Shown in pieces: positions 54,157 to 64,000 of a stretch of DNA of 64,000 nucleotides. The notes beneath the pieces were generated by a model. The model ran no database searches and had not been told where the DNA came from. It saw only the letters and a program-made list of their open reading frames with translations. Each line of letters begins with the position of its first letter. Positions within the stretch are counted from its first letter, which is position 1. The position numbers and the translations under genes were made by a program. The DNA comes from a virus (lineage: Duplodnaviria; Caudoviricetes). The stretch spans positions 20,955 through 84,954 of IMG/VR virus record IMGVR_UViG_3300047160_004786; one strand, written 5' to 3'.

Positions 54157-56175
54157 ATGGCCAAGAAAGATCCGTTCGCAGACGATGAGCCTCAAACCAC
54201 TGATCCGTTCGCCGGAAAGGTGGATCCTTTTGCAGACGAACACCCAGGATTTTTGCGACGGATTTTCGGCAGTTCTCCTAAGCAATTATCTCCAGAACAG
54301 GAGCAGGCTATCAATGCTCTGGCACCTGAGAGTCTCATGGGTTCACCAGAAGCATCCAAGGGCTTTGGTACTGCTGTAGGGGAGATGGCCAAGGGAGTGC
54401 CGATTGCGGGGGCTTGGGCTCCACAGACTGAAGGGATGACAGAGCTTGAGAAGCAGTCGCCTGGATTAGCTAGGATTGCTCAGGGAACCGGAGGAGCCTT
54501 AGCGACGGCACCGCTTACCATGATGGCTCCATGGGCATTTGGTTTAGGAGAAGGTGGAGGTCTTGCTGGTGCTGCCACTAGGGCAGCGACCGGGGCTACT
54601 AGTGGTGCAATAATAAATGCGACTGACACTGCTGTCAGAGGTGGCGGTCTTAAGGACATTGCTCATTCAGCCGAGATCGGAGCAGCCGGTGGAGGCGGTA
54701 TCCCACTTGCCGGAAGTGCAATTTCCGGCTCGGTTAATGCCATCAAGAACATGCTGTCGCCGGCAACCAAAACTATTCTCGACAATTATCATCCGCTTGC
54801 GGTCGAATGGGCAGTAAAGGCGGCACAGGAATCCGGCCTCAGTCCGCAGAACATTGCACAGAAGATGGAGGAGGCTGGACCAGAGGGATTTCTCGGGGAG
54901 TTCTCGGCTAATCTGCGTGCTCAAATGTCGGCCGCTCACGCTCTTCCTGGCGAAAGCAAGGATGTCATCAGCGGGGCCTTTGCCCAGAGGCAGGCCGGGG
55001 CTCGACAGCGGATCGAGGACGCCGTCACCGATACGCTAGGTCCCAGAGTGAACATCATGGACCGCACCGCTGAAAACATGGCTCAGAGAAGCACGGCAGC
55101 GAAGCAACTGTATGATCAGTGGAGGACCGAGATAATTCCGCCGACAGCAGAGATCGAGGCGTTGATGCCGAGATTGAAGTCCGTCAATGCCTTTGGCGAG
55201 GCTCAAGCCAAGGCCGAGGCCGAGGGGGTGCCCTGGCAAGACCCGTTCATGATGCTTTCGGGTAAGCCAAATCCAAACATTAAGATGTATCCAACGTCGC
55301 AGACTTGGGATTATGTCAAGCGGGCGTTGGATAGCAAAATAGAGGCATCAAAGAACCAGTTCGGAGAGAATACGGACTGGACCAGAATATATACCGGTCT
55401 CAAGAAGGAGTTGATGACTGCCATCGAAAACTCGAACAGCCCTGGTGCCCAGATTTACAAGCAGGCGAGACAGGCTTGGGCTGATCCAAGTGCTTTGATG
55501 GCAGCCAGACGTGAAGGGCAGAAGGCTTTCCTTAATTCCACCCGTCGGGATGCAATGCAGGATTTGTTTCAGGGATACAGCGAACCGGAGATGCATGCCT
55601 ATCGAGAGGGTGCCAGGGACAGTCTTGCCGAAACCATGGACGACACCATGCGAGGTAACGAGATCGCCACCAGGGGGCAGTTCTTGACCCCAAAGAACGG
55701 CGACAAGCTGCGTATGTTGGCACAGCCTGGATCGGATGCCGACGAGTTCGTCAGTCGCATGTTCAACGAGAAACAATATAGGGATTTCGAAAGTAAGATC
55801 ATCCACAATTCCGAGACTGCTCAGAGGATAGCTGCAATGGGGGAACAAACCCCAGATCCTGAGCATACTATGATTGCAAGATGGTTGAAGCGGTTTGAGT
55901 ATCTGCCGACTGTCTCGGCTACGCCGTACATCCCTCTTGCCCAAGCCGCTAAGAAGGCGGCCGGTATGTCTCAGCAGCAGCGTTATGAAGCTGCACGACA
56001 ATCGTTGGGTCCAATGTTGGTTTCAAGAGGACAGCAAGCCAAGGATATAGCAAATGCCCTAGCAACCAGGGCTTCACCATATTCATACGATCCTACTAAT
56101 ATCGGTGTGATGCTGCGAACATTAGGACAACCAGTCATGCAGCGTGCTGGCGAGCCCCAACCCTCCCAACAATAG
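54157..56175 (+). CDS. internal virion / ejection protein
   Basis: N-terminal DPFA repeats, Gly/Ala hydrophobic segment, WDYVKR.LD, Y..AR..W motifs. Confidence 0.7.
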   Translation: MAKKDPFADDEPQTTDPFAGKVDPFADEHPGFLRRIFGSSPKQLSPEQEQAINALAPESLMGSPEASKGFGTAVGEMAKGVPIAGAWAPQTEGMTELEKQSPGLARIAQGTGGALATAPLTMMAPWAFGLGEGGGLAGAATRAATGATSGAIINATDTAVRGGGLKDIAHSAEIGAAGGGGIPLAGSAISGSVNAIKNMLSPATKTILDNYHPLAVEWAVKAAQESGLSPQNIAQKMEEAGPEGFLGEFSANLRAQMSAAHALPGESKDVISGAFAQRQAGARQRIEDAVTDTLGPRVNIMDRTAENMAQRSTAAKQLYDQWRTEIIPPTAEIEALMPRLKSVNAFGEAQAKAEAEGVPWQDPFMMLSGKPNPNIKMYPTSQTWDYVKRALDSKIEASKNQFGENTDWTRIYTGLKKELMTAIENSNSPGAQIYKQARQAWADPSALMAARREGQKAFLNSTRRDAMQDLFQGYSEPEMHAYREGARDSLAETMDDTMRGNEIATRGQFLTPKNGDKLRMLAQPGSDADEFVSRMFNEKQYRDFESKIIHNSETAQRIAAMGEQTPDPEHTMIARWLKRFEYLPTVSATPYIPLAQAAKKAAGMSQQQRYEAARQSLGPMLVSRGQQAKDIANALATRASPYSYDPTNIGVMLRTLGQPVMQRAGEPQPSQQ

Positions 56176-56415
56176 AGCAAGAAGCAAAACTCTACACATA
56201 GTATTCCAATCAAATATGATACGCCAACCATCGATCATAAGACCAATGATGAAGAGCCCTGGAAAGATCGTGACACCGGCAAGCAAGGGGGAGTAGTCTA
56301 TGAAAATGTGAACACCCCAAAGGTAAAGGGGAACGATTATAATAAAAAGTATCCACTTAACTATGCCGCAGATAAGGTCTACTCTCTGTTCTTGAGTCAT
56401 CGTCGCCTCGCTCAT
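56122..56415 (-). CDS. small antisense multi-pass membrane protein (superinfection-exclusion candidate)
   Basis: Three hydrophobic segments; AT-rich; directly after the last ejection gene. Confidence 0.6.
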   Translation of the reverse strand: MSEATMTQEQRVDLICGIVKWILFIIIVPLYLWGVHIFIDYSPLLAGVTIFPGLFIIGLMIDGWRIIFDWNTMCRVLLLALLLGGLGLASTLHDWLS

Positions 56416-56484
56416 GCCTAGCCCGGTCCATGCCTAAGCCTATGCATAGAATCACTGCATCAAGCCTATGGCAAGAGGGCCAAC

Positions 56485-57717
56485 ATGCCTCGTGGTCTCA
56501 ACGGCACCTACACACTCCCTAAGGCTCCGTTTAAGGCTGGAGACCTTATCAGCTCCAACGATGTCAATTCCAATTTTAGCGATATCGCCCAGGCTCTGAC
56601 CCAGTCCATTGCGACGACCGGCGTCAGCCCGGTCAACCAGCCGGTCCCGTTTGCGGCTGGGAACGCGACTGGCCCAGGGATTACCTTCACATCGGAGGGC
56701 ACGACCGGGTTCTACTGGCCAGGGGCTGGCAGGATTGGGGTGGCTCTGGGGGGTGTTACCGAGTTCACCTTCACGGCTCCATCGGCCAGCACTGGGTCCG
56801 GGCTACTGGGTTTCAATGGAGCGGTGATCAGACCGGTGGGCGAGGTCATAGCGGTTGCGGCTGTTGCGGGCGGCGTGGCCTCGACGCCTCCTACCGGGTG
56901 GAAATTCTGCGATGGATCAATGTGGCCACAATCGCAGTATCCAGAATTATTTGCGGTTATCGGGACGACCTACGGGTCTGGCACTGGTCCGAGTGGACCT
57001 ACATTCGGAGTTCCCGACACGAGGGGTCGGGTGATTGCATCGGTTGATGGCATTGGGCGTCTTGCGGGAGCTACTGGGAGTCCAGGGGCATTGGCATCTG
57101 TCGGAGGAGAGGCGGTACATCAACTTTCTACTAACGAGCTTGCACAGCACAATCACACAGCTACCCCTTCAGATATCGGTAGTGGTCATTTACACGCAAT
57201 GACCGTTAATGAAGGAAGTCATTCACACACGGTTTCTGATACCGGACACCAGCATGGATTTTCTGGGTTCAATCATAGTCATGGAATAAATCAAGATTCA
57301 CATACACATACGTGGATAGCCTATGATCAGCATGATCATCAATATTCCGCACCTACTATAATGGTAAATGCTACAATAGTTCAATCTGGTGGTGTTTTAG
57401 TAGCAGTTCCGGCCCCAGTGACATCACAAACCACTGGTTTTAACGCTGTTTCTGTAAACGCTACTTTATCAATAGCTACATCAGGTATTTCAACGCAAAT
57501 TACAACTGGTCTGCACACAGTGGATAGCGGGACTGCTTCGTTTGCCTCAGGAATCACTGGATCGACAGGAACAGGATTTACTGCTCAAAACACAAACCTT
57601 ACCGGTGTTGCATCCTCGCTTACGGTAGGAATAGGTAATACAGGTATATCTGCATCGCATAACAACGTTCAGCCAACCATGGTGCTGCAACACATGATCT
57701 TCCTGGGGAGGGCTTGA
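56485..57717 (+). CDS. tail fibre with collar domain and His-repeat tip
   Basis: PVGEVIA...GWKFCDG...YPELFAVIG.TYG...F.VPD.RGR; HSH/HQH repeats; HNNVQP.MVL..MI. Confidence 0.8.
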   Translation: MPRGLNGTYTLPKAPFKAGDLISSNDVNSNFSDIAQALTQSIATTGVSPVNQPVPFAAGNATGPGITFTSEGTTGFYWPGAGRIGVALGGVTEFTFTAPSASTGSGLLGFNGAVIRPVGEVIAVAAVAGGVASTPPTGWKFCDGSMWPQSQYPELFAVIGTTYGSGTGPSGPTFGVPDTRGRVIASVDGIGRLAGATGSPGALASVGGEAVHQLSTNELAQHNHTATPSDIGSGHLHAMTVNEGSHSHTVSDTGHQHGFSGFNHSHGINQDSHTHTWIAYDQHDHQYSAPTIMVNATIVQSGGVLVAVPAPVTSQTTGFNAVSVNATLSIATSGISTQITTGLHTVDSGTASFASGITGSTGTGFTAQNTNLTGVASSLTVGIGNTGISASHNNVQPTMVLQHMIFLGRA

Positions 57718-58226
57718 TGACCGCAAGGTTTCTCAAGTCTGAGATCGATGCCCTTGATTTTCGGTTTGCCGCCGCTGTTGATGAATATATCGCAGCAATG
57801 GATGCCCATAAATTTACGGTGGGGGTTGCGGCTCCAATTCATCACCAGATGGTCCAAGCAGCAGTCAGGCGTGTTCAGTACGAAGATCGAAGGCCAGATG
57901 ATTTCGTTGCTGATTACGAGATCATCGACGATACGCCGCCATTGTGGATGAGAAAGAGGAACCTCGTTGAACTAGTGGAGAGAAACGAGGAAGAGGTTGC
58001 TAACAAGATCTGGCCGATTGCGTTGAGGCGATTGGAAAACATGGAATACGAGGATATGGTCAGCCAGGACAACCTGACCAAGAACGACAGAAAGCGGCTT
58101 GATGTTATCGTAGCCAAGCAAAAGAAAATACAGGAACTCAATCGCAAGACTGCTCACGTCCTGGCGACCATTGATATCCTAGACGAGAGCAACATCGGCT
58201 CGTGGACTTTCGATCTGGAGGCTTAA
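57714..58226 (+). CDS. tail fibre assembly/chaperone-like protein
   Basis: Coupled downstream of the fibre; FVADYEIIDD motif. Confidence 0.55.
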   Translation: MMTARFLKSEIDALDFRFAAAVDEYIAAMDAHKFTVGVAAPIHHQMVQAAVRRVQYEDRRPDDFVADYEIIDDTPPLWMRKRNLVELVERNEEEVANKIWPIALRRLENMEYEDMVSQDNLTKNDRKRLDVIVAKQKKIQELNRKTAHVLATIDILDESNIGSWTFDLEA

Positions 58227-59786
58227 GTGCCGTTCAATTTTCCGACCACTCCGACCTACACACCACCCGCCGGGGCCACGGTAGCCGCTCCTGGTGTGGT
58301 CATCGCCAGTGCAACGTGGAACACGATCCACGCGGACCTGTCGGCCGCATTGACCACGGTAGGTCAGAACATCTGGCAGTCCCGAAACGTCTCAGGGAAC
58401 TTTACGGTCCAACCATACGACCGCATGGTTCTGGTTACCGGGTCCGCTCCTCAGATCACCCTTCCTCCGTCATCGACCAAGGTTGGTCCAGTTCAGTTCA
58501 TTGGAGGTACATCGGGTATCTTTGGTACTAGTCCATCTACAGTTTTCCTGTCGCCTGGGGACAGCTTCAACGGCTCGACGGTCAGTCCTGCGATGACGTT
58601 GAGTGCCAATTTCCAGGCACAGACGATGTATCCATTGCCGTCAGGCGGCTATGTGAATGCGGTAGGTTCGGTCCTATCCTTTAATGGGCGAGGTGGTGCC
58701 GTCACTCTTCAAACGTCCGATCTTCTTCCATTGGGAGGAATCTCGTTTCAGAGAAAAGCCTTAAGCGGCACTTACTCTGTCTTGACAACCGATATTGGCC
58801 TCAATCTGGCATCTGGAACTTCTACATTCTTTCAAATATCATTTGGAACAGCCTCAGCGTTTCCAGCCAACTTTGCAGTGATGGTAACCAATGAGGATGG
58901 CTTTGGGGGTGGTGGGAGGGCAAGGTTCATTAATGGGGTTACTGTGGATGGTTACGGAGGTTTTTTTCTGTGGCCTGGACAGTCTGTCATTGTGTACAAC
59001 TCGAACAATCAATGGATTGCCCATGGAAGAAAGAGGTTCAGGCCAGCTGCAAGCAACATAAATTTCTGGGTCAACACCGTGAGCGGTACTGATACTTATG
59101 GAAGCACTGATGGATTAGGTACCGGTGCATCCGCCTTTGCAAGCTTAGGCAACGCCTTGAATCTTTACATACTGCCTGAGATAGACTTCGGCAATGCCAC
59201 AGTTACGTTGAATTTTTCCGGTAACAGCAGTGCTGGTTTCAATTTAGGAACCAGTGCTCTTCCGGTTGGGAGCAATGCACCAAATATTATCATTGATGGA
59301 TCCAGCACTGGTGTGATATCTGCCCAAATAAGCGTTTATTACGGCATGGCCGTACAATTCCAGAATTTGATATTCAATACGACTGGACTATTGACCGCTC
59401 AAAATGGCGGAACAATTTTTATAGGATCCGGTAATGTGTTTGGTGCAATGAATACAGGTTACGGACATCTGTACGCCTTATACGGTGGTAAAATATTTGT
59501 AAACGCAAATTATACCATCAATGGTGGAGGAGCGTGGCATGTTGTATGTGGCTTTGCTGGAACGATAATATATGCCGGCACGACGGTAACCGTCAGTGGC
59601 TCTCCGACATTTGCATCAGCTGTTTTTCAGGTTCAATCTGGCTATTGTAATGGACCGACTACATGGTCTGGAGGAACTCCGACTGGTCAAAGGTATAACG
59701 TCAGTTACAATGGCGTTGGGTTCAATGCGTCTTTAGTTCCAGGAACCATTGCCGGTTCGACCCAAAACGGTGGCCAGATTACCTGA
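58227..59786 (+). CDS. tail fibre/tailspike protein
   Basis: SFNGRGGAVTL trimer motif, WVNTVSGTD motif, Gly/Asn-rich beta-helix-like C-terminus. Confidence 0.65.
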   Translation: MPFNFPTTPTYTPPAGATVAAPGVVIASATWNTIHADLSAALTTVGQNIWQSRNVSGNFTVQPYDRMVLVTGSAPQITLPPSSTKVGPVQFIGGTSGIFGTSPSTVFLSPGDSFNGSTVSPAMTLSANFQAQTMYPLPSGGYVNAVGSVLSFNGRGGAVTLQTSDLLPLGGISFQRKALSGTYSVLTTDIGLNLASGTSTFFQISFGTASAFPANFAVMVTNEDGFGGGGRARFINGVTVDGYGGFFLWPGQSVIVYNSNNQWIAHGRKRFRPAASNINFWVNTVSGTDTYGSTDGLGTGASAFASLGNALNLYILPEIDFGNATVTLNFSGNSSAGFNLGTSALPVGSNAPNIIIDGSSTGVISAQISVYYGMAVQFQNLIFNTTGLLTAQNGGTIFIGSGNVFGAMNTGYGHLYALYGGKIFVNANYTINGGGAWHVVCGFAGTIIYAGTTVTVSGSPTFASAVFQVQSGYCNGPTTWSGGTPTGQRYNVSYNGVGFNASLVPGTIAGSTQNGGQIT

Positions 59787-59788
59787 TC

Positions 59789-62437
59789 ATGTCGCACGAC
59801 GTTCGCAAGCCACCCGCCAGCTTTCAGGTCTTTGGACCTGTGGGCCCGAATCATTCCCCTGGTCTGGTCAATGATCCTGGGGCCTCTGGTGGGCTGGCTG
59901 TTCTCGGTAACGATGGGGTCTGGCATCCGTTCGGGTCATCTGGCCCCCCAGCATCGTTCTTCGCCAATCCTTCTGCGACCGTCACCCTGAGCCCAGTGAA
60001 TGGGACCGCTGTCACAGCGATGCGGTCGGATGCGGCCCCTCCCCTGTCCCAGGCGATTGTGCCGACCTGGACCGGGCTGCACACCTTCAATGTCGGCCTA
60101 CAAAGCAATAATGCAATCAACGCTACTGGAACCATTCGATCCACGGCTCAGACCGTTCCGGCCTCCGGGCAGGGAACGGAACTGATTTTCACGGGAACGC
60201 AGGGATACGTCCTTGCCTTTGATAGGACCGGTAATGCTTGGCTACCGATGAACGTGGGTGGAAGTTCTGTCACCATTTCAGCCAATGGCCCCTCGCCGGC
60301 CATCAATCTCAATGGAGGTCTGGTAAACGTCAATACGGGACTGGTGCTGGGTCCCGGTGCGGTTCTCAACGCTACAGACCCGGCGAGCAATGTGACCGGT
60401 ATCCTTTCGATGGACACCGGTAATCCTGCTATCCTCCATATGAGAAACAACCAGCGGGGTGTTGGCGGGCCGATATATTTCGAAACCCGTGGCGGCACCA
60501 ATTATGGTATGGTGCTCGACGCCTCTGGCAGGCTCAGCATCGGAGGAGGAGCGGTCTCTCAAGGCGTTACCTTGATGATCAACAGCGTAAATCAGGCAAG
60601 TCCAACGGCAACTCAGGTCTGGTTGACCAATGGAACGTACAGCGGATATATAACATGCGGAACCGGTCAGGAAGGCATAGCTTTAGGAGGTGGGACGTAT
60701 TTCAATGGAACTAACTGGATCGCCACAGCTACATCTGGCGGTTTGGCTGGACAGTTCGCAAACCTGTACTCAGTCCAAACATTCTCGGGGGCTACAGTTG
60801 GAAATGTGATATCAGCTTTTTTTACACGTTTATTTATAAGCACGACTACAGGGAATGTTTCCATAGGGTCCAATACATCTCCTGGATATCAATGCGTCAT
60901 TACCAGTGTATCCAATGCACAACCAAACGCATCTCAGGTTCAGATAACCAACGGTACGGTTTCTGGGTATATTACCGCCGTCAATCAAGATGGAATGTTT
61001 ATTTCAGGAGGTGCTTACTATAATGGCTCAAGCTGGATTGCTTCCCAATCATCTTCAACTCTAATTGCACTTACTTATCCTAATATGATGTTTTATACAG
61101 CGACAGGGTTGACTGTCGGAAGTGGGTTTTCCTATACCGCTCGTGCCACTCTCGTAGCTAGTACCGGATACTTTGGAATTGGGACAACAGCCCCCCAATC
61201 TCCTCTTCATGTTAATGGGTTGATCACAAACGGCAACATCCCCAATCCGCCGTCGGTTGGAGGAGGAGTTCTGTTCTATGGGATAGTTAGCGGTGGTCCA
61301 TACACCATGCTTCTCGATTCCTATGGGACGCCCAATGCCGCCTATCCGGGGATTACGTTCAGGGCTGCGGGTGGAGCATATGGGTCTCCCACCGGATTGC
61401 CTGGGGGAGGCATAGCCCTAGGTAACATCTACTTTCAGGGATACACCTCTGGAGGCAGCTATAGCGGCAATGCCGGCGGCATAGAGTGTTCGACCTACAA
61501 TGCTCTTTCTTCAACCGACTGGAGCACGCAGTTTTATTTTTATCTATGTCCTCCTGCACAAGCCACCTCCACCAATCTGATTGCCTATCTGCAAGGAAAT
61601 GGAACGTTAAATCTAGGAAATTCCAGTTACTCCGGTCAGTTCAAGATATTCTCAGGCACGAACGGCACGGCTGGGATATATACCGATACAGCCGCCGTCA
61701 TTTATACAAAGTACGGCACCAACTACACAGCTATATGCGATGGTGCCGGAACCATATGTGTGCAGCTTTATTCCGTACAAAATTTTTATCGATCAGGAAC
61801 CCATACCATTCAAAACTCAGCGGGAACTTTGAGTTATTGCCAGTTTGCCAACACTCAAAATACTTTTTATCAATATACAAATATCTCCTTTGCAGCCAGC
61901 AACACGGTGTGGTTGGCCAGCTTCACTAACACGACGGGAACGGCAGGTAACCTCGGCATCTATGTTGCGGCTGGAGGTGTAGCGAGTGGCTCTGATAACT
62001 CTACAGTTTTGGTTGGATTTTATGATTCAGGAGCCTCGGCTCGTGTTGGCTTCATAGCTCGTGCCGGTGCCAATACGATTGTCTATACGACGACATCCGA
62101 TGCCAGATTAAAAACGACAATAAAGGATGTCAGTGACCGAGGTCTTGATGACCTGATGAAAATCCCAATACGTGATTTCAGATGGAACGAGGACGAAAGC
62201 GGCAATGTCGCTCAGGGTATCTACGCTCAAGAGCTTCAGCCAATCTATCCTGAAGCAGTCAGCACGGTTCCTGATATCATGAATGATACGGCATTTTGGA
62301 GCATAGACTATGGCAGGCTGATCCCGCTTTCCATCAGGGCTATCCAACAATTAGCTGATAAGGTAGAAGACTTGGAGACAAGGGTTCGCAGGCTTGAGTT
62401 AAGCCAAAGTCCGCAGATAGAGGCTAGATCGTCATGA
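59789..62437 (+). CDS. tail fibre with C-terminal peptidase S74 chaperone
   Basis: Repeated IGIGT..P/VSIGSN fibre units; SDARLK...GIYAQE...IDYGRL...AIQQL coil. Confidence 0.8.
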   Translation: MSHDVRKPPASFQVFGPVGPNHSPGLVNDPGASGGLAVLGNDGVWHPFGSSGPPASFFANPSATVTLSPVNGTAVTAMRSDAAPPLSQAIVPTWTGLHTFNVGLQSNNAINATGTIRSTAQTVPASGQGTELIFTGTQGYVLAFDRTGNAWLPMNVGGSSVTISANGPSPAINLNGGLVNVNTGLVLGPGAVLNATDPASNVTGILSMDTGNPAILHMRNNQRGVGGPIYFETRGGTNYGMVLDASGRLSIGGGAVSQGVTLMINSVNQASPTATQVWLTNGTYSGYITCGTGQEGIALGGGTYFNGTNWIATATSGGLAGQFANLYSVQTFSGATVGNVISAFFTRLFISTTTGNVSIGSNTSPGYQCVITSVSNAQPNASQVQITNGTVSGYITAVNQDGMFISGGAYYNGSSWIASQSSSTLIALTYPNMMFYTATGLTVGSGFSYTARATLVASTGYFGIGTTAPQSPLHVNGLITNGNIPNPPSVGGGVLFYGIVSGGPYTMLLDSYGTPNAAYPGITFRAAGGAYGSPTGLPGGGIALGNIYFQGYTSGGSYSGNAGGIECSTYNALSSTDWSTQFYFYLCPPAQATSTNLIAYLQGNGTLNLGNSSYSGQFKIFSGTNGTAGIYTDTAAVIYTKYGTNYTAICDGAGTICVQLYSVQNFYRSGTHTIQNSAGTLSYCQFANTQNTFYQYTNISFAASNTVWLASFTNTTGTAGNLGIYVAAGGVASGSDNSTVLVGFYDSGASARVGFIARAGANTIVYTTTSDARLKTTIKDVSDRGLDDLMKIPIRDFRWNEDESGNVAQGIYAQELQPIYPEAVSTVPDIMNDTAFWSIDYGRLIPLSIRAIQQLADKVEDLETRVRRLELSQSPQIEARSS

Positions 62438-62745
62438 AGGTGGATTTTTCGGCAAAGATTCTCGGTCTCGATGGTTCTCCGCTTCGCGAGCCTGGGGCCT
62501 CTGAAGACCTGACGCTGGCCAGTATCGTTTGCAGCACACTCATTAACCTGAGCGATAAGGACAAGGATATGTCGGCTGCGGACAAGGTGGCCATGTTCAA
62601 GCTGGCGGTAAAGATCACAGCGAACGGAAAGGACGTGACCCTGGACGCCGATGAGATCGTCCGCCTCAAGAATAGGGTTGGGGTGATGTGTACTCCGCTG
62701 ATTGTCGGAAGGGCATACGAGTTACTCGATCCAGGGTCCGTTTAG
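62434..62745 (+). CDS. small protein downstream of the fibre (chaperone-like)
   Basis: ATGA overlap; DKVAMFKLA.KI...LD.DEI..LK.RV motif. Confidence 0.55.
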   Translation: MKVDFSAKILGLDGSPLREPGASEDLTLASIVCSTLINLSDKDKDMSAADKVAMFKLAVKITANGKDVTLDADEIVRLKNRVGVMCTPLIVGRAYELLDPGSV

Positions 62746-62754
62746 GAGGATGCA

Positions 62755-63402
62755 ATGGCACATGAATCGAAAATCGGAACCGTGATGCACGAATACGCTC
62801 ACGGTAAGCTCCACAGTGGCTCTGATGAGGGTCCAAAGGTCAAGTCACGAGCACAGGCAATCGCCATCGGTCTCTCGGAAGCCCGCAAGCATGGCGAGCA
62901 TGTTTCACCGGCACCCAAGGAGGGTAATGTGAAAGGACACGGCACGTCGCATCATGGAATCCCGCACGATCCCAAGCATCACTCGCTGGGCTACTCGCAC
63001 CTCCGCTTGAAGGGCGGGGCCGAGGGGCCGGTGAAGCAGGATCCGGTCACCTCGATGGAGGCGTCACAGCGGTCGGACGCCCACGAGAATGAGTTTTCGA
63101 ATCTCCGCTTGAAGGGTAATTTTGAGGCTGGCACCAAGGCCGAGGCTGAGCACCATGTCGGGGATAACCGTAAAGGGCATCCAGGACACGCAGGGAAGGC
63201 CGCCCATACGGGTTTGGAGGCTCACCATCACTCGGATGGGGTGCGAGCGGAGCACCATCCACCGACCTCGGGAGAGCCGCACAAGATCGCTCGGCCGCCG
63301 GCAGGCCCGACCAGCGGGTTCGGCCACGCGGCTCACCAGCGGTCAGGCCACCTCCGTCTGAGCGGCTCCCATGGGGCTCACCGGATCGGGGCCGGCAAGT
63401 GA
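62755..63402 (+). CDS. DUF6496-like N-terminus with His-rich extension
   Basis: VMHEY..GKLHSGS..GPKVKSR.QAIAIGLSEAR; AGGAGG RBS. Confidence 0.65.
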   Translation: MAHESKIGTVMHEYAHGKLHSGSDEGPKVKSRAQAIAIGLSEARKHGEHVSPAPKEGNVKGHGTSHHGIPHDPKHHSLGYSHLRLKGGAEGPVKQDPVTSMEASQRSDAHENEFSNLRLKGNFEAGTKAEAEHHVGDNRKGHPGHAGKAAHTGLEAHHHSDGVRAEHHPPTSGEPHKIARPPAGPTSGFGHAAHQRSGHLRLSGSHGAHRIGAGK

Positions 63403-63593
63403 GCGAGACGCCTAAGACCAGCAAGCAGCCGATGATCGGGCAGCGGTTCGAGTACCAGCCGTCCCGCTGCCCTCATCCTGGGTTCTACGACGACGGCACC
63501 AACCTTCGCCGGGTCGAGACGACCCAGTCCAGGGACGAACGCCTTGCCTATGAACGCAAGCACGGGAAGATGCGAGATGAGTACGGGACATGA
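63399..63593 (+). CDS. small hypothetical protein
   Basis: GTGA overlap; 64 aa. Confidence 0.45.
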   Translation: MSETPKTSKQPMIGQRFEYQPSRCPHPGFYDDGTNLRRVETTQSRDERLAYERKHGKMRDEYGT

Positions 63594-64000
63594 TCACCCA
63601 GACTGGCATTCGGTCGATACCCAGAAACTCAAGCGGATAATGGAGAACAAGCAGATCGAGAAATACCGTCACGGTCGCTGGCGGCAGATCAACCGTGAAC
63701 ACGATCTCCCATACCTCGCCGGCTACAGCCAGGACGGCAATACGATCTACATTGACCGGCACCTTCCTGAGCAGATCGAGTGCGAGTACGACGGAAACAA
63801 ATACTGCTTCTGTCCAGATCGATTTCTCCAGACCCACGAGGAGATGGAAAAGGCGTTGATCGATGTGCTCGGCTGGACCTATGGATCGGCCCATGCTGCC
63901 GCCAATGCGGCTGAGAGGCGTGATGTGCTCCAGGCTGGGATTCCCTGGCTGGTCTACAACAATGCCCTCGACCCCTACGTGAAGGCGGATGAGCACGAGA
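63577..64000 (+). CDS. 3'-truncated putative metalloprotease-like protein (not in ORF track)
   Basis: Open to the window end: PYLAGYSQDG.TIYIDRHLP...THEEMEKAL...AH...A...E. Confidence 0.55.
   Translation, partial: MSTGHDHPDWHSVDTQKLKRIMENKQIEKYRHGRWRQINREHDLPYLAGYSQDGNTIYIDRHLPEQIECEYDGNKYCFCPDRFLQTHEEMEKALIDVLGWTYGSAHAAANAAERRDVLQAGIPWLVYNNALDPYVKADEHE

Noticed and set aside
56485-62437. Diversity-generating retroelement acting on tail fibres
   Set aside because: No reverse transcriptase and no TR/VR repeat pair noticed.
1-64000. Large terminase, integrase, DNA polymerase/primase, endolysin/holin
   Set aside because: No Walker-A terminase, tyrosine/serine recombinase, replication or lysis motifs recognised; probably outside the window, so lifestyle cannot be called.
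1-64000. Stop-codon reassignment
   Set aside because: Genes are full length under the standard code and use TAA, TAG and TGA as stops.

Overview
The window is a 64-kb segment of a tailed dsDNA phage or prophage with podovirus-type (P22-like) virion architecture. The host is probably an alphaproteobacterium; this is inferred from GC content, RBS style and protein families. 1-21.2 kb (+): four signal-peptide-bearing fibre/GH74-like genes, portal with a large Pro/Gly/Met insertion, scaffold, a major capsid gene split by a group I intron carrying a GIY-YIG endonuclease, HhH-glycosylase-like and ADP-ribosyltransferase-like cargo genes, a TPR-glycosyltransferase and a gp4-like adaptor. 21.9-42.9 kb: an accessory block that splits the structural module. 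It holds a leftward array of small genes punctuated by 10 copies of a covarying RNA hairpin (invariant ACCC/CAGC internal loop), a divergent promoter switch with an RHH regulator, and a rightward run of small genes including a TerS-like protein. 42.9-64 kb (+): gp10-like tail protein, GNAT, a set of ejection/internal proteins, an antisense membrane gene, tail fibres and His-rich proteins. No large terminase, integrase, replication or lysis genes were recognised. All product calls come from motif recognition by eye, not database searches.
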